Source: Ranitomeya imitator (taxonomy: Eukaryota). Taken from it: a DNA stretch of 64,000 nucleotides. Below are positions 49,918 through 63,150 of the stretch, one piece after another. The position numbers and the translations under genes were made by a program. Under the pieces are notes generated by a model. It had not been told where the DNA came from. It searched no databases and saw nothing but the letters and a program-made list of their open reading frames with translations. Every line of letters starts with the position of its first letter. The stretch's first letter is position 1. The stretch covers positions 72,230,001 through 72,294,000 of the forward strand of contig NC_091286.1 in the NCBI RefSeq assembly GCF_032444005.1, read 5' to 3'.

Positions 49918-50835
49918 GTAATAACATAGTGGTGTACTATAAAATGACTTCCTACTGTAGTGCTTCCAGCTATCAAGGATTTCTGACGATGCCAGACATT
50001 ACAGTATTGGTGTCCACTAATTATTCACAAGTTTTTCAAAACAAGATATACACTTTCAAAAATAATGATTTTATTTCTTTTTTTTTTTTTTTTTGGGGGG
50101 GGGGGGGGGATTGCATTAAATTAGTTGTACAAGATTGGAAAAACCTTGTCAAAAACCAGTGCCATTCATAGCCACAGATCTATGCTTGACTTCATGGGCA
50201 AACACCCTTCAAAGCCAGGCAAGCCTGCTGATAGACTAGCTTTAAAGAACATAAGCTACTATTTAAAACTTTGTTCACACATTGCTTTTTTCCCCCTTTT
50301 AATGTTTGGCTTAAAAATAGCCACGTATTTTTAGTCGATTTTGCATTTTTGATTATGGCCATCTTTCAAGTCCAGTAGCAAAGCCTGTAGTAAAATTGCC
50401 CGCAGAAATGCCATACAAATGGGAGGAGGGAAAATTTGTCTTAAGTTTTTTTTAAACGAAACCTGTCGGGAGATCCAGATGGGCTGCCCAAGCAACCGTA
50501 AACCTATATCAGCCACTGACTTGTAAAAGCGGACGGGGAAACACTGCTAGGCTGACTAGTCCAAGATGCAGTTCCCAGTCGACTCCTTGCTATCCCGCTT
50601 CTTTTGATTGACAGGTCTTTCGCTACACGCACATACAGGGGGAGACTTGCGATTTTAGAGCAATGGATTTGGGAGAAGCCACCAGGGTACTACATCTTGG
50701 ACTAGTCATCCTAGATACATTGTTCCAGACAACTTTTAAAAATGTTTTCAGAGTAACACATACACATCTGCAATCATGTCGCCAGTGCCTGATTCTTCTG
50801 TCTGTGTTTGGCCAGAATGAGTCTGCGGTCAGGTG

Positions 50836-53800
50836 TTTTTTTTTTTTGTTTTTTTTAATCAGATAAATTTTTATTAAGGAAAACAATTATAACATATGAC
50901 ATCAAGCCATAATTCACATATAATCATATATTTTATGAACAAACTCTCCCCCCCCCCCTTTGAGACGCCCTTAATGCCTTCCTCATTTCCCGTCCAATAT
51001 TCCTTCCCCAAGCCAAATACAATTGTATAGTATGAACATCATCTATAACATTATGCAACCTCCCCACAAATCTAATTCCATTCTATCCATGGCTGCCATA
51101 GCTTTTGAAATACATCGAGTTTATTTCTCTTAGTATAGATACTTTTTTCCAATAATATTATATGGTCCGCCTGCGTAAGAAAGTCTCGTCCAGTCGGAGG
51201 CTCCTCCCTGATCCAGAACTGAGCTATCAATTTCCTTGCTATGAATAACAGTCTAGCAATCGCCAGTTTAGCCATAGATACCGCTGCTATTTCTTCCACA
51301 TAGCCTAATATACAGACCAAAGGGTCTCTGGGAATGACACACCTATATACCAATTCAATCCGATTCAATACAACTGTCCAGAAGGCGGACAATCTAGGGC
51401 AGTGCCACAGCATGTGTAACATGTCTGCCTGTTCCTGCGAACATCGTGGACACTCGGAATCAGACCTCAAACCCATCCTAAACAGTCTACCGGGAGTTCT
51501 GTAAGCTCTATGAATCACATATAATTTAGACATCCTCATAGAGATCTTAGGCACATATTCTAAAATAGATTCCCATCTATCATCATTTATCTCTCCCAAT
51601 TCAGCTTCCCATTTCACTCTAGACTTGATGGGATGTTTGACTAGAAAGGTGAATAATAAATCTCTATACACTTCTGAAATTGCCCCCTTGTCCCGCTGTT
51701 CTCCAAAATGGAAGCCAGCGTGATATCTATCTGGATCTCAATAAGTTTTCTCCAACATTGCGACCGATACGCATGCTGGATTCTTTTATAATTATATAAA
51801 TTTAAATGTGATAACTGGAATTCTGTTTGTAACTCCACGAATGACTTTAGTCCCCCTTGACCCATTAGCTGACCCATCTTTCTAATTCCTGCCTCTCTCC
51901 AGGGCCCAAATCCTTCCATTTGCTTAAATTCTTGTAAATTTATATTATCCCATATAGGAGAGTATTTGGTAAGGCCCGTGACACCCCTAATCTTTTTCCC
52001 ATACCTTATGAATTAGGAGAACAGTAGGAAACAGAGAGCCCAGTTTTAAAAATTGCCCCACCTCCAAACTCTCACCCAGAGGCCATTTTCCAATCAAATA
52101 TCTCAAACTACTTGGCGATTGCCCCTTTCCCATCTCCCCCCATCCTCCAATATGCTGCCCCCCCCCCCCCGCCTATATTAGTTCGCCAAACAGCGATTTA
52201 ATTTTACGAAACCTACTCTGTGGAATCCAAATTGGAGAATTATGCAGTACATATAACAGCTGTGGCATCACAATCATCTTCCTTAAATTGATTGCTGTAG
52301 ATTTGTTGGGCATAAATCCAGATTGATCTGGGTGGATTACGTTATCAATCCCATGGGTTAGTCTGTTGGCCAAGGCCTTTGCCAAATCTTTATATCCGCC
52401 ATAAGGAGTGAGATTGGTCTGTAGGACTCCGGATTCAACAGATCCTTATCAGCTTTAGGAATGACCACAACAATGGCCACTCTCATAGATGTAGGTAATA
52501 TTCCCCTCTCCGACGACTCATTAAATACTTTCTCCAATTTAGTTATTATTTCTTCACTAAAGGTTTTATACACCTCTGCCGGAATGCCGTCCGCTCCCGG
52601 GGCCTTATTATCCGCCAGTGCCACCCTCAGTTCCTCCGCTGCCATTGACCTATCCATCCATTCTCTATCTTCATCACCTAGTCTAGGAGGCTTAATCACA
52701 CTCATATACCTGTCCATCTCCTCTTGACCTTTATGTGTCTTAGAGGAGTATAGCTCACTGTAAAATTGTTTAAATACATCCAAAATTTGATCCCCTTGTG
52801 TAACCACATTACCTTCCTTTGTTTTAATTGCGTACACATGCGAGGATTCCCGTTGTCCCGAAGCTACGACTGAGAGCAGGTGCCCCACTTTCTCACCTTC
52901 CGCATAGAATGCCTCGTTCTGAAATGCCCGCAGTCTCTCTGCCTTACGGATGTGAAGTTTATTAACCTCCGACTGGGCCACTCTCATGCGGGTCTGCCTA
53001 GCTTTTGAACACTGCGCACCCAATGCCTCCGCTGCCCTTAATTCCTCCATCACTGCTTTGTCTAGATTTTGAGACCTAGTTATATATCGAGATACTTCTC
53101 TGAATAAAATCCCTCTCAAAAACGCTTTCATAGTATCCCAAACTATATGACCCTCTGCACTACTTCGTTTATCCTAAAGAATTCACCCAGTTCCTCTCCT
53201 ATCTTTCCCATATCCAACAACCGTAGCCAAAAGAAGTTAATTTTCCATCCCATACCTGCCAACCTCCCCTGTTCTCCCAATAGTAGAGATACCATCAGAG
53301 GACAATGATCCGATAGGACTCTGGGCAAATATTCCACTTCCTTCACCAAGTTATCCATCCCTTCATTTCCCAAAGCCACATCAATGGGAGACAAGGAACC
53401 ATACGTCGCCGAGTAGCACGGGTAAGTGTAGTTCTCCATATTTCGAACTCTCCACAAGTCTATCCATCCAATTTCCCTCATGTAGTTTCCAAAAGGTGTC
53501 ACATTTCCTTCCTCTCTGTTCCCTGTATGTTTGCCCTTATCCCAATGATCATTTGCAATATTATTCACGTCGCCTATTACAAGCAACGGGACCCCAGTCC
53601 ATTTCCCCGATATGTCCAGAATTTCCTGTATCTTTTTTCCAGAAAACGGTGGAGGGATATATAAAGACACAATACATAATAATCTATTCAATATCTTACA
53701 TACAATAAACACGTATTGCCCATCCTAGTCTATTATAACCTCCACTTCTTCATATGGAGTAGAAGTGTGGATTAATACCGACACTCCCCTAGCATAGGCT

Positions 53801-53950
53801 GAGTACGTCGCAGGTTCACCTGTTTGGTCCCAAGTATACCTGTATAATGCAATGCATTGTCCAAGTAATAATAGGAGTACTAATGTAGAAAACACTCCTA
53901 CCACGACAACCCCTAAGCGCACTGCAGTCCTCGAAGGAAGGGTGTGAGAG
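50836..53950 (-). mobile_element. Degraded L1-clade LINE ORF2 (APE + partial RT + C-terminal Zn knuckle), antisense in MKKS intron 3
   Basis: APE: ARGVSVLIH, VIGDVN, IDLWR, LSDHCP. RT: KAPGADG, YRPISLL, HPDQSGF. C-terminus: CPRC...HMLWHC. A poly(A) tail and AATAAA appear as a T-tract at 50836-50875. The central RT core is deleted. Confidence 0.9.
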
Positions 53951-54039
53951 CAATGGTGGGACACAGAGTCCTTCTTTTTGTCTAACTGCTTGGATTCTGT
54001 GATCTTAATTGGCCACACCATCTACGGGGTTACACCATT

Positions 54040-54460
54040 ACATAGAATCATAGAATGGTAGAGATGGAAGGGTCATTGTGTCCAACCCCCTGCCTCATCT
54101 CAGATGTCTGTCAAGCCTCTTCCATGGAAGGAGAACTCACCACCTCTCGTGGCCGCCTGTTCCACTCATTGATCACCCTCACTGTCAATACGTTTTTTCT
54201 AATATCTAATCTGTGTCTCCTCCCATTCATTTTCATCCCATTGCTTCTAGTCTTTCCTTTTCAAAAGATAATAAAGATGATCCTTCTACAATGTGACAGC
54301 CCTTGAGATATTTGTAGACAGCTATTAAGTCTCCTCTCACTCTTCTTTTATGCAAGATAAACATTCCCAAATGCTGTAACCGTTCCTCACAGGACATGGT
54401 TGGCAGAACGGTCACCATTCTGGTCGCTCTTCTCTGAACTTGCTCCAGTTTGTTGATGTC
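54040..54460 (-). mobile_element. 5'-truncated CR1 LINE 3' end
   Basis: [12 protein letters not shown]...[22 protein letters not shown], with an (ATTCTATG)n tail seen as catagaatcatagaat. Confidence 0.9.
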
Positions 54461-54954
54461 TGGAGCATGTTCAGAGAGGACTGACAGGCTGGTGTAGGCT
54501 TTATAACCATGCCAGCAGCCCCTGTGGACCATGCTGATGTGATTAGCTAACATAGTATTGCCTTGAATGCATGCAATTTTATCTACCTTCCCGTTGCGCT
54601 AATAATTAGGTCTAGTTTTCATTGTCTTAATTGGTTTTGAGAGGTACTGGCTCTCCTTGCAGAAGTTCAGCTCATATATGGAGTTTCGCATGCAATGCTT
54701 CCTCCGGGGGGGAAAAAACGATGCAAATTAGCTCTGCTGCAGGGAGAGAACTCCCCAGTGCCCCCTACAGACGGCTCCCCTGTATGACAATGAAACGTGA
54801 CTAGGGGTTTCACTGGGGTGGAGTGAAATATTTTACAATCCTCTGACTTGTACATGATTCAGGGAGTAACTGGTGCAGTAAATGTATACGTGGCACAATG
54901 TTGTGTCCGATTATGTGTTTTACACCATTGTCTTTTTTCCTCCTATTCTCACAG

Positions 54955-55130
54955 GGGCACAGCCTGTAGCTTCTCTCTGCCCGGTGTCCTCTGCTTCTTA
55001 TGGCCGCCTCCAGCAGATCAGTAACGTGTCCTATGGTAATAAGCAGTACCTGCATCTTCTTCCCGACACTACAGCTGTGTGCAGTATTGTGCTCTGCAAC
55101 CGGAATGAGACCTCCCTAAAAGAGCTTACG
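54955..55130 (+). CDS. MKKS: MKKS exon 4 (176 nt)
   Basis: ctcacAG|GG GCA CAG... GAQPVASL...CSIVLCNRNETSLKELT|GTAACT; phase-compatible with exon 3. Confidence 0.95.
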
Positions 55131-55769
55131 GTAACTCCATTACTAAGGGAACTAGAGGAGAACATATCCTTCTGATCCGGGTGGAACATATGAGGCAGAG
55201 TGATCAGGTCACCCCCTTGTCACATCACGCCATTGCACCAGGGCAGATCCCCAAGGGTGATTATTGATCAGTGGACCCTCCATTATCCCCAAAATGTCCT
55301 AAGATTGTGTAATATTTTACAAACCCTTTAAGCTAAGGATTCCTATAGGAATCTACCACTTTTAGTGGGGGGTGTCTAGGGAATAAAACTCTTTGTAAGG
55401 GGCTCAGAGTGGTGTTAAAAACAGTTGTATAAGTGATACCTTCACCTATTCCCTGCAGCTCTTGTTCTGATGGATTACCCGGTCTCGTCAGTCCCTACTG
55501 CCTGGTCCTATATCGGCACAACAGTGAGATCCTCATCAGCCTGTGATTGGCTGGTCGGCTTTTCAGGAGTGTCCAGATGGGATCAGGATGTAGCGGGCAG
55601 TGGGGTCAGGGTAACCTGCGAGTGATCAATGAGGGGATTGTCCCTCTTATTTATTTTTTTACATATTTTTTATCATCACGACGTCCCTATTAATTGATGT
55701 GCAATTTGCCTTTTGTAGTGAGGAACAGTTTCTCAATATCATCATTTTCCATTCATGTTCTCTTTCTAG

Positions 55770-55880
55770 CGAACGTGTCAGACGGCTGAACGCACTTTAA
55801 ATCATCTTCTTAAAGAACCCTGGCTCCTGCTCGGTGGGGGATGCACTGAAGCACACGTGGCTGCTTACATCCGTTATCAG
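55770..55880 (+). CDS. MKKS: MKKS exon 5 (111 nt; not in the ORF track)
   Basis: tttctAG|[37 protein letters not shown]|GTATAT. Confidence 0.95.
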
Positions 55881-55914
55881 GTATATGGTTAGAAATGGAA
55901 GAACAGCTTATTAC

Positions 55915-56226
55915 TAGTGATGAGCGAACATGCTCAGATGAGGTGTTATCTGAGCATGCTCGTGTGCTAATACAGTATTTTCAGCGTGTCCGAATAATAT
56001 GTTCGAGTCCCCACGGCTGTATGTCTCACGGCTGTTCGACAGCTACAACACATGGAGGGATTGACTAACTAACAGGTAATCCCTCCATGTGTTGGGTCTG
56101 TCAAAACAGCAGTGATACATGCAGCAGCAGGGACTTGAATGTGTTTTTCGAGCACACCAAAGACACTCTGTTAGCACCTGAGCATGCTCAGATAACACCT
56201 TATCCCAGCACATTCACTCATCACTA
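55915..56226. mobile_element. hAT-type MITE 34 bp downstream of MKKS exon 5
   Basis: tagtgatgagcgaa / ttcactcatcacta termini with a perfect 8-bp TSD CTTATTAC. Confidence 0.85.
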
Positions 56227-56550
56227 CTTATTACAATTTGGCGTGTTATTATAATGCTGAGTTGTCATTTAGTAGTTAAAGGGATTGTTTAGCTTTAGCC
56301 TAAATCTCTTTCATATACCTAATTAAGGCTTAACAAAAAGTAGTCCTCTGTTCAGGATCCTCATCTCTTGCATAGAGAGAGTGACTACAAACTGCGTCCA
56401 TAGGGCTGAGCTCAGCAATTTATGTGCCAGAGCTGGACAGCACTGAAGACATTTTGGTGCACACAACTTATGCCCCCAGCTACAAAACTCTTTTGGTTCT
56501 GTATTGCTGTGTTTTTTTTCCATTACACTGTACAGGACTTATATAAAGTA

Positions 56551-57436
56551 CTAGATGGTGGCCCGATTCTAACGAATCGGGTATTCTAAATTATGTATGT
56601 ATATAGCAGCCACATAGTATATAGCACAGGCCACGACATATTCTTGAATACGTGATGCATTAGTACAGGCCACGCAGTCTATAACAGTGGCCACGCAGTC
56701 TATAACAGTGGCCACGCAGTCTATAACGCAGCCACGCAGTATATAACACAGCCCACGTAGTATACAGCAATGTGGGCACTATATGCGTGGTTAAAAAAGA
56801 CTTAAAGTAAAAAAATAAACATATACTCACCTTCCGTAGGCCCCTTGTAGTCCTGTCGCCTGTGTGCGGTGCACGCAGCAGTTTCCGGTCCCAGGGTTGG
56901 TATGAGCGCAGGACCTGTGATGACGTCACGGTCACATGACCGTGACATCATGGAAGGTCCTTCTCGCATAGCATCCTTAGCACCGGAACCTGCCGCTTGC
57001 ACTACCGAGGACAGCGCGCCATGTCGGAGGGTGAGAATAACCTTTTTTTTATTATTATTTGTAGCATTAGATCTTTTTACTATTGATGCTGCATACACAG
57101 CATCAATAGTAAAAAGTTGGTCACACAGGGTTAATAGCTGCGTTAATGGAGTGCGTTACACCGCGGCATAACACGGTCCGTTAACGCTGTCATTAACCCT
57201 GTGTGAGCGCTGACTGGAGTGGAGTATGGAGCGGGCACTGACTTCAGGGAGGAAGGAGCGGCCATTTTGCCGATGGACTGTGCCCTTCGCTAATTGGTTG
57301 TGACAATTGTTGTGGGCGTTTTGCCACGACCAATCAGTGACTTGGATTTCCATGACAGACAGAGGCCGCGACCAATGAATATGCGTGACAGACAGAAGGA
57401 CAGACGGAAGTGACCCTTAGACAATTATATAGTAGA
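56551..57436 (-). mobile_element. Non-autonomous Helitron
   Basis: The minus strand begins TC and ends CTAG with a subterminal hairpin cccgattc-taac-gaatcggg; inserted between A and T with no TSD; short internal ~21-bp tandem repeat. Confidence 0.82.
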
Positions 57437-57516
57437 TGGAAAATCGGTCCTGTCTTGTAATACTTGAAGGAAAGGTGCTACGATCTTTATTTTTGTATTA
57501 TTCATTATATAATTAT

Positions 57517-57826
57517 TAGTGATGAGCGAGTGTACTCGTTGCTCGGGTTTTCCTGGGCACGCTCGGGTGATCTCCGAGTATTTGTTAGTGTTCGGAGATT
57601 TAGTTTTCATCGTGCTAGCAGAATGATTTACAGCTATTAGCCAGGCTAAGTACATGTGGGGGTTGCCTGGTTGCTAGGGAATCCCCACATGTTATCAAGC
57701 TGGCTAGTAGCTGTAAATCATTCAGCTGAGGAGATGAAAACTAAATCTCCGAACACTAACAAATACTCGGAGATCACCTGAGCGTGCTCAGGAAACCCAA
57801 GCAACGAGTACACTCGCTCATCACTA
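57517..57826. mobile_element. Palindromic hAT-type MITE
   Basis: tagtgatgagcgagtgtactcgttgct / agcaacgagtacactcgctcatcacta; related to 55915 and 63903. Confidence 0.85.
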
Positions 57827-58562
57827 ATAATCAATTATTTATTATACAAAATTAAATTCACTGCTTTAATAGTTTTAAATTTATTAATATTTTCATCAGC
57901 CACAGGGAGCTGCCATTTGCATTTGGGGAGGTGTAAGTGTCTGAACACGACACTTTCACACCTCAAATACTTCAGTCCCTGGGCATAAGAGACTGTGGTC
58001 GCTCTTGTATTGTGGCTGCGTTAGCTGTGACCTGGGCATGCTCCCTGGGCTGTCCAGGGCACAGCTGTGGGAGGAGATCACAGACATTTTTGTGGAGCCC
58101 GGAGTGTATGCTGCTGGCTGCACGTTCCCCCTCTCATCGCACATGCTGCTCTTTGTGTGCAATGACAGCTGCTAGGGAGCAGAGGTCCTGGGTGAGGTGA
58201 GTATCATGATCAGCAGCCTGGGATTAGTAGTACATGACCAGATTGCTGATCACCACTATGACCGAAATGTAATAATCACCCTGATGTGCCCTGTTCTCTG
58301 ACATAGCTCTGCTATGGAACTGTTACGCCTTAGAAAGAGGCATACACTGCCATAGCCGAGCTGTGTACGTAATGTCATCATTACACCCGACAAACAACTT
58401 GAATAAAAACAGGAGGGCACGTTACTTACATGGCATGCAGCATCTTCCATCCCTGTAAGCAGCGGTGTCTCTAGTGTCAGATCAGCCAGGTTGGGGGGAG
58501 CAGCAGTGCAAGATGAGAGCACTCATATCCAGCACACTCCAGGGAACCTGTGCAGCCCCTTT

Positions 58563-60022
58563 CCATCTCATTTTTCTGTGTTGGATATGAAGAAGGGGGA
58601 TTTTGACAAATTATTGACCATTGCAGGTTAGAGAGTGTGTATTTTCCTATGTGTATGACCGTGCATGTGTATTTTCCTGTATGTATTAGCGTGCATGTCT
58701 ATTTTTGCGTGCATGTGTGTGTGAATTTTTCTGTCTATTTTACTATGTATAGTAGAAGAGATCAGATGGTCATAGCTTCAAGTAAGAAATACAGTATAAA
58801 GTGGAAAGTTATCTAATCCCATCATGCACAATACTCCAAAGACCAGGGTGTGTAATCCCATCATGCGTGATATTCCCCAGACCGGTGTATTTTATCGCAT
58901 GATGTGCGATATTCCTCAGTCCGGTGTATCTAATCCCTGAAGCCCTGCTCTGTGTAGCACAGGTGATCAGATGATCACAGCTTTTAGTCTCCCATGGAGA
59001 CTATTGAAGCATGTAAAAAAATAAATAAAAATAAAAAGTTTTTAAAAACATAAAAAATATAAAAGTTTTTAAATCACCCTCCCCCCTTTTTGCCCCATTC
59101 AGAATCAATAAAAAAAAAACATATTTGGTATTGTTGCGTTCAGAATTTCTCGATCTATCAATATGTAAGAAGAATTCATCTGATTGGTAAACGGTGTAAC
59201 AAGAAGAAAATCAAAAAGCCAGAATTACGTATTTTTGGTCGCCGTGACATTGCACTAAAATGCAATAAAGGTTGATCAAAAGATCGCATCTGCACCAAAA
59301 ATGGAATTGATAAAATCATCAGTTGGGCACCCAAAAAAGTAAGCCCTCACCTAGTCCCATATCACAAAAAATGGAGATGCTACAGGTCTCGGAGAATTGT
59401 GCCATTTTATTTTTTACAAACTTTGGGGGTTTTTTTTCACCACTTAAATAAAAAGAACCTGACGATGTTTAGTGTCTGTGTACTCGTAATGACCTTGAGA
59501 ATCAGTTTTAGCATTTAAAGGGCCACTGTCACCCCCTCCAGCCGTTATAAACTAAAAGAGCCACCTAGTGCAACAGTAATGCTGCATTCTAACAAGGTGG
59601 CTCTTTTAGTTTTTGGTGCATGTATTCCCAAAATAAAGGGTTTTATTACTTCTCCAAAATACCTGTCTTTTGCCAGGGAGGCAGGTCCTCACCCCCCTGC
59701 TTGAACCGCCATACACCGGTCTGGGGAGTATCATGCATGGTGGGATTAGATAACTTTCCACTTTATACTGTATTTCTTACTTGAAGCTATGACCATCTGA
59801 TTCCTTCTACTATACATAGTAAAATACACATGTACGCTTATAGGAAAATAGACAGAAAAATTTACACACCACATGCACGCAAAAATAGACATGCACGCTA
59901 ATACATACAGGAAAATACACATGCACGGTCATACACATAGGAAAATACACTCTCTAACCTGCAATGGTCAATAATTTGTCAAAATCCCCCTTCTTCATAT
60001 CCAACACAGAAGAATGAGATGG
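58563..60022. repeat. ~290-310-bp inverted repeat pair in MKKS intron 5
   Basis: 58563-58853 is the reverse complement of 59712-60022, with few substitutions and one ~20-bp indel. Confidence 0.85.
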
Positions 60023-60029
60023 GATAGTA

Positions 60030-61246
60030 CGTCCGAGGTCAGAAGCCCCACTTTGATGCAGGGCTCCGCGGTGAGCCCGCATCAAAGCCGGGACATGTCA
60101 GCTGTTTTGAACAGCTGACATGTGCCCGTAATAGGCGTGGGCAGAATCGCGATCTGCCCGCACATATTAACTAGTTAAATGCCGCTGTCAAACGCAGACA
60201 GCGGCATTTAACTACCGCTGGCGGCCGGAAATGACGTCATCGCTGACCCCCGTCACATGATCGGGGGTCGGCGATGCGTCAGGATGGTAACCATAGAGGT
60301 CCTAGAGACCTCTATGGTTACTGATGAGCGGTGGCTGTGAGCGCCACCCTGTGGTCGGCGCTCACAGCACACCTGCATTTCTGCTACATAGCAGCGATCA
60401 GCAGATCGCTGCTATGTAGCAGAGGCGATCGAGTTGTGCCTGCTTCTAGCCTCCCATGGAGGCTATTGAAGCATGGCAAAAGTAAAAAAAAATGTGAAAA
60501 AAAAAAATATAAAAGTTTAAATCACCCCCCTTTCGCCCCAATCAAAATAAATCAATAAAAAAAAAATCAAATCTACACATATTTGGTATCGCTGCGTTCA
60601 GAATCGCCCGATCTATCAATTAAAAAAAAGCATTAACCTGATCGCTAAACGGCGTAGCGAGAAAAAAAATTGAAACGCCAGAATTACGTTTTTTTAGGTC
60701 GCCGTGACATTGCATTAAAATGCAATAACGGGCGATCAAGAGAACGTATCTGCACCAAAATGCTATCATTAAAAACGTCATCTCGGCACGCAAAAAATAA
60801 GCCCTCAACCGACCCCAGATCACGAAAAATGGAGACGCTACGAGTATCGGAAAATGGCACAATTTATTTTTTTTTTAGCAAAGTTTGGAATTTTTTTTCA
60901 CCACTTAGCTAAAAAATAACCTAGTTATGTTAGGTGTCTATGAACTCGTACTGACCTGGAGAATCATAATGGCAGGTCAGTTTTAGCATTTAGTGAACCT
61001 AGCAAAAAAGCCAAACAAAAAACAAGTGTGGGACTGCACTTTTTTTGCAATTTCACCGCACTTGGAATTTTTTCCCCGTTTTCTAGTACACGACATGCTA
61101 AAACCAATGATGTCGTTCAAAAGTACAACTCGTCCCGCAAAAAATAAGCCCTCACATGGCCAAATTGACGGAAAAATAAAAAAGTTATGGCTCTGGGAAG
61201 GAGGGGAGTGAAAAACGAAAAATCCCAAGGTCATGAAGGGGTTAAT
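60030..61246. mobile_element. Fragment of a large non-autonomous TTAA-type DNA element (related fragments at 58950-59515 and 61250-61505)
   Basis: Ends ...aggggTTAA; internal blocks (ctcccatggag.ctattgaagcatg, aagccctcacatggcc) repeat in the neighbouring fragments. Confidence 0.55.
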
Positions 61247-61645
61247 GAACATGGTAAAAAAAAAAAAAAAAAACAATTGTGGAATTGCACTTTTTTCGGT
61301 TTCACCGCACTTTGAATTTTTTTCCTGTTTCCCTGTACATTATATGGTGAAACCAATGATGTTGTTCAAAAGTACAACGTGTCCCGCAAAAAACAAGCCC
61401 TCACATGGCCATATTAACAAAAAAAGCTAATATTTATGGCTCTGGGAAGGAGGGGAGCAAAAAACAAAAACTCAAAAATGGAAAAACCCAAGGTGGTAAA
61501 AGGGATGTTTGGTCTTCTGATGGTGTCAGAAGTCTCTGGTATTGCCGGTGAGAGCGAGCGATGTGATTTGCATACGATTAGACATGCTCAGCCTTACATA
61601 CTTCGCTTGTAATGGGCGAGACAAAGCACGTCTAATCAGTGTGAG

Positions 61646-62429
61646 AATTTGGCCAAATAGTGTGAGCCCATCAACCATCGTCAAGGTGGTCTCATTAAAA
61701 AACTGATGAGTACCTGACCTCGCTGTCCAAATGTGAACACTTACCGAAGGCTAATGTCTGCATGCTTGGGTGAATATGGACACCTCTCTCCGCAAAGCCT
61801 ACATATGGGTTGGCCGGAACCAAGTGTGAATAGATGTAATTAAAAACCAGATGGTGAAGGGAGGAGTGCTCAGTCAATAAGCTAACATAGAAATGACAGA
61901 AAAAAGACTGGCACATCCAAACTAGTGTGAATAGGTGCATACCAGGAGCAGCTACCTCCATATATAATATACAAAAAAAGGTTGCACTCTATCGTGCCAA
62001 AACACGTCAAATATGAAATACATGAAATATGAATTGCAAACTTGCTTTTTGAACATTAGGAACCCATATGTAGGCTTTGCGGAGAGAGGTGTCCATATTC
62101 ACCCAAGCATACAGACATTAGCCTTCGGTAAGTGTTCACATTTGGACAGGGAGGTCAGGTACCCATCAGTTTTTTAATGAGACCACCTTGACGATGGTTG
62201 ATGCGCTCACACTATTTGGCCAAATTCTGTGCTAAGCGTCTCAAAAAATATATTTTTTTTCCTAATGTTCAAAAAGCAAGTTTGCAATTCATATTTCATG
62301 TATTTCATATTTGACGTGTTTTGGCACGATAGAGTGCAACCTTTTTTTGTATATTATATATGGAGGTAGCTGCTCCTGGTATGCACCTATTCACACTAGT
62401 TTGGATGTGCCAGTCTTTTTTTCTGTCAT
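61646..62429. mobile_element. TSD-flanked insertion with interleaved inverted duplications (X-Y-X'-Y')
   Basis: 13-bp direct repeat taatcagtgtgag at 61633-61645 and 62430-62442; X at 61644-61811 / 62061-62228 and Y at 61892-62060 / 62261-62430. Confidence 0.75.
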
Positions 62430-63150
62430 TAATCAGTGTGAGTGTCACATGACCGCCTGCAGAAATACTGATGGCCATGTTATAAGGATTCAAACTTTTA
62501 TCAGAAGACCAGACAACCCCTTCAGAAAGGAATCTGTCCTCCGAAACTGCAGGTTAAACTAAGTAAACCGTTCTATGGGGAACCTAGCCCTTATAGAGAA
62601 ACTCATATTAGCTGTATACATTTCATTGCTTAAATTATTTTAAAAACTGGTTTTATTCCATATGACAATGAAGGGGCTTCGGTGCACCCTTGGTGTGGCC
62701 AACAGCTCAAGGCAGTGTTCTGCCCCCCTCAGTTTGCATGCTGAGTAGTCCCTTGACTCTGAACTGACAGCGCTCGCTTGGGTAAAGCCGACAGCTGCCT
62801 GATCCCTGACAGCAGCCGCCGCTCAGTACACGGATACACACAGAAGATTAACAATGGACTCAGAGAGGATCAGTTGTGTTCCCTTTATGGTCAGTGCTTC
62901 ACAGAATACGGTAAGACCCCTGAGATTAACCTATTCTGTGCTGCACTTGTATCTGAGCCTCTGTTTAATTAGCATTTTACTCCCTGTAATTTCCCCTGTG
63001 GTGGCGCTGCAGGTTTCTGTAGAGATCACAGTGGATTGCTGGAGGTCCCATCTTGGAGACACTTGATGATCTCTACTGAGCTCCTTAGGTGTGAACATAA
63101 CCTGGTTATTATCGTATATGAGGTAAATTTAGCATTTGTTATATTCCCAG

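Noticed and set aside
49918-50171. 84-codon read-through of the MKKS ORF
   Set aside because: It lies past the canonical exon-3 donor and is low-complexity intronic sequence (poly-T/poly-G) with no MKKS similarity.
61700-61712. CTGATGAG in the X segment of the inverted-duplication insert
   Set aside because: There is no downstream stem II/GAAA, and the second copy reads CTGATGGG.
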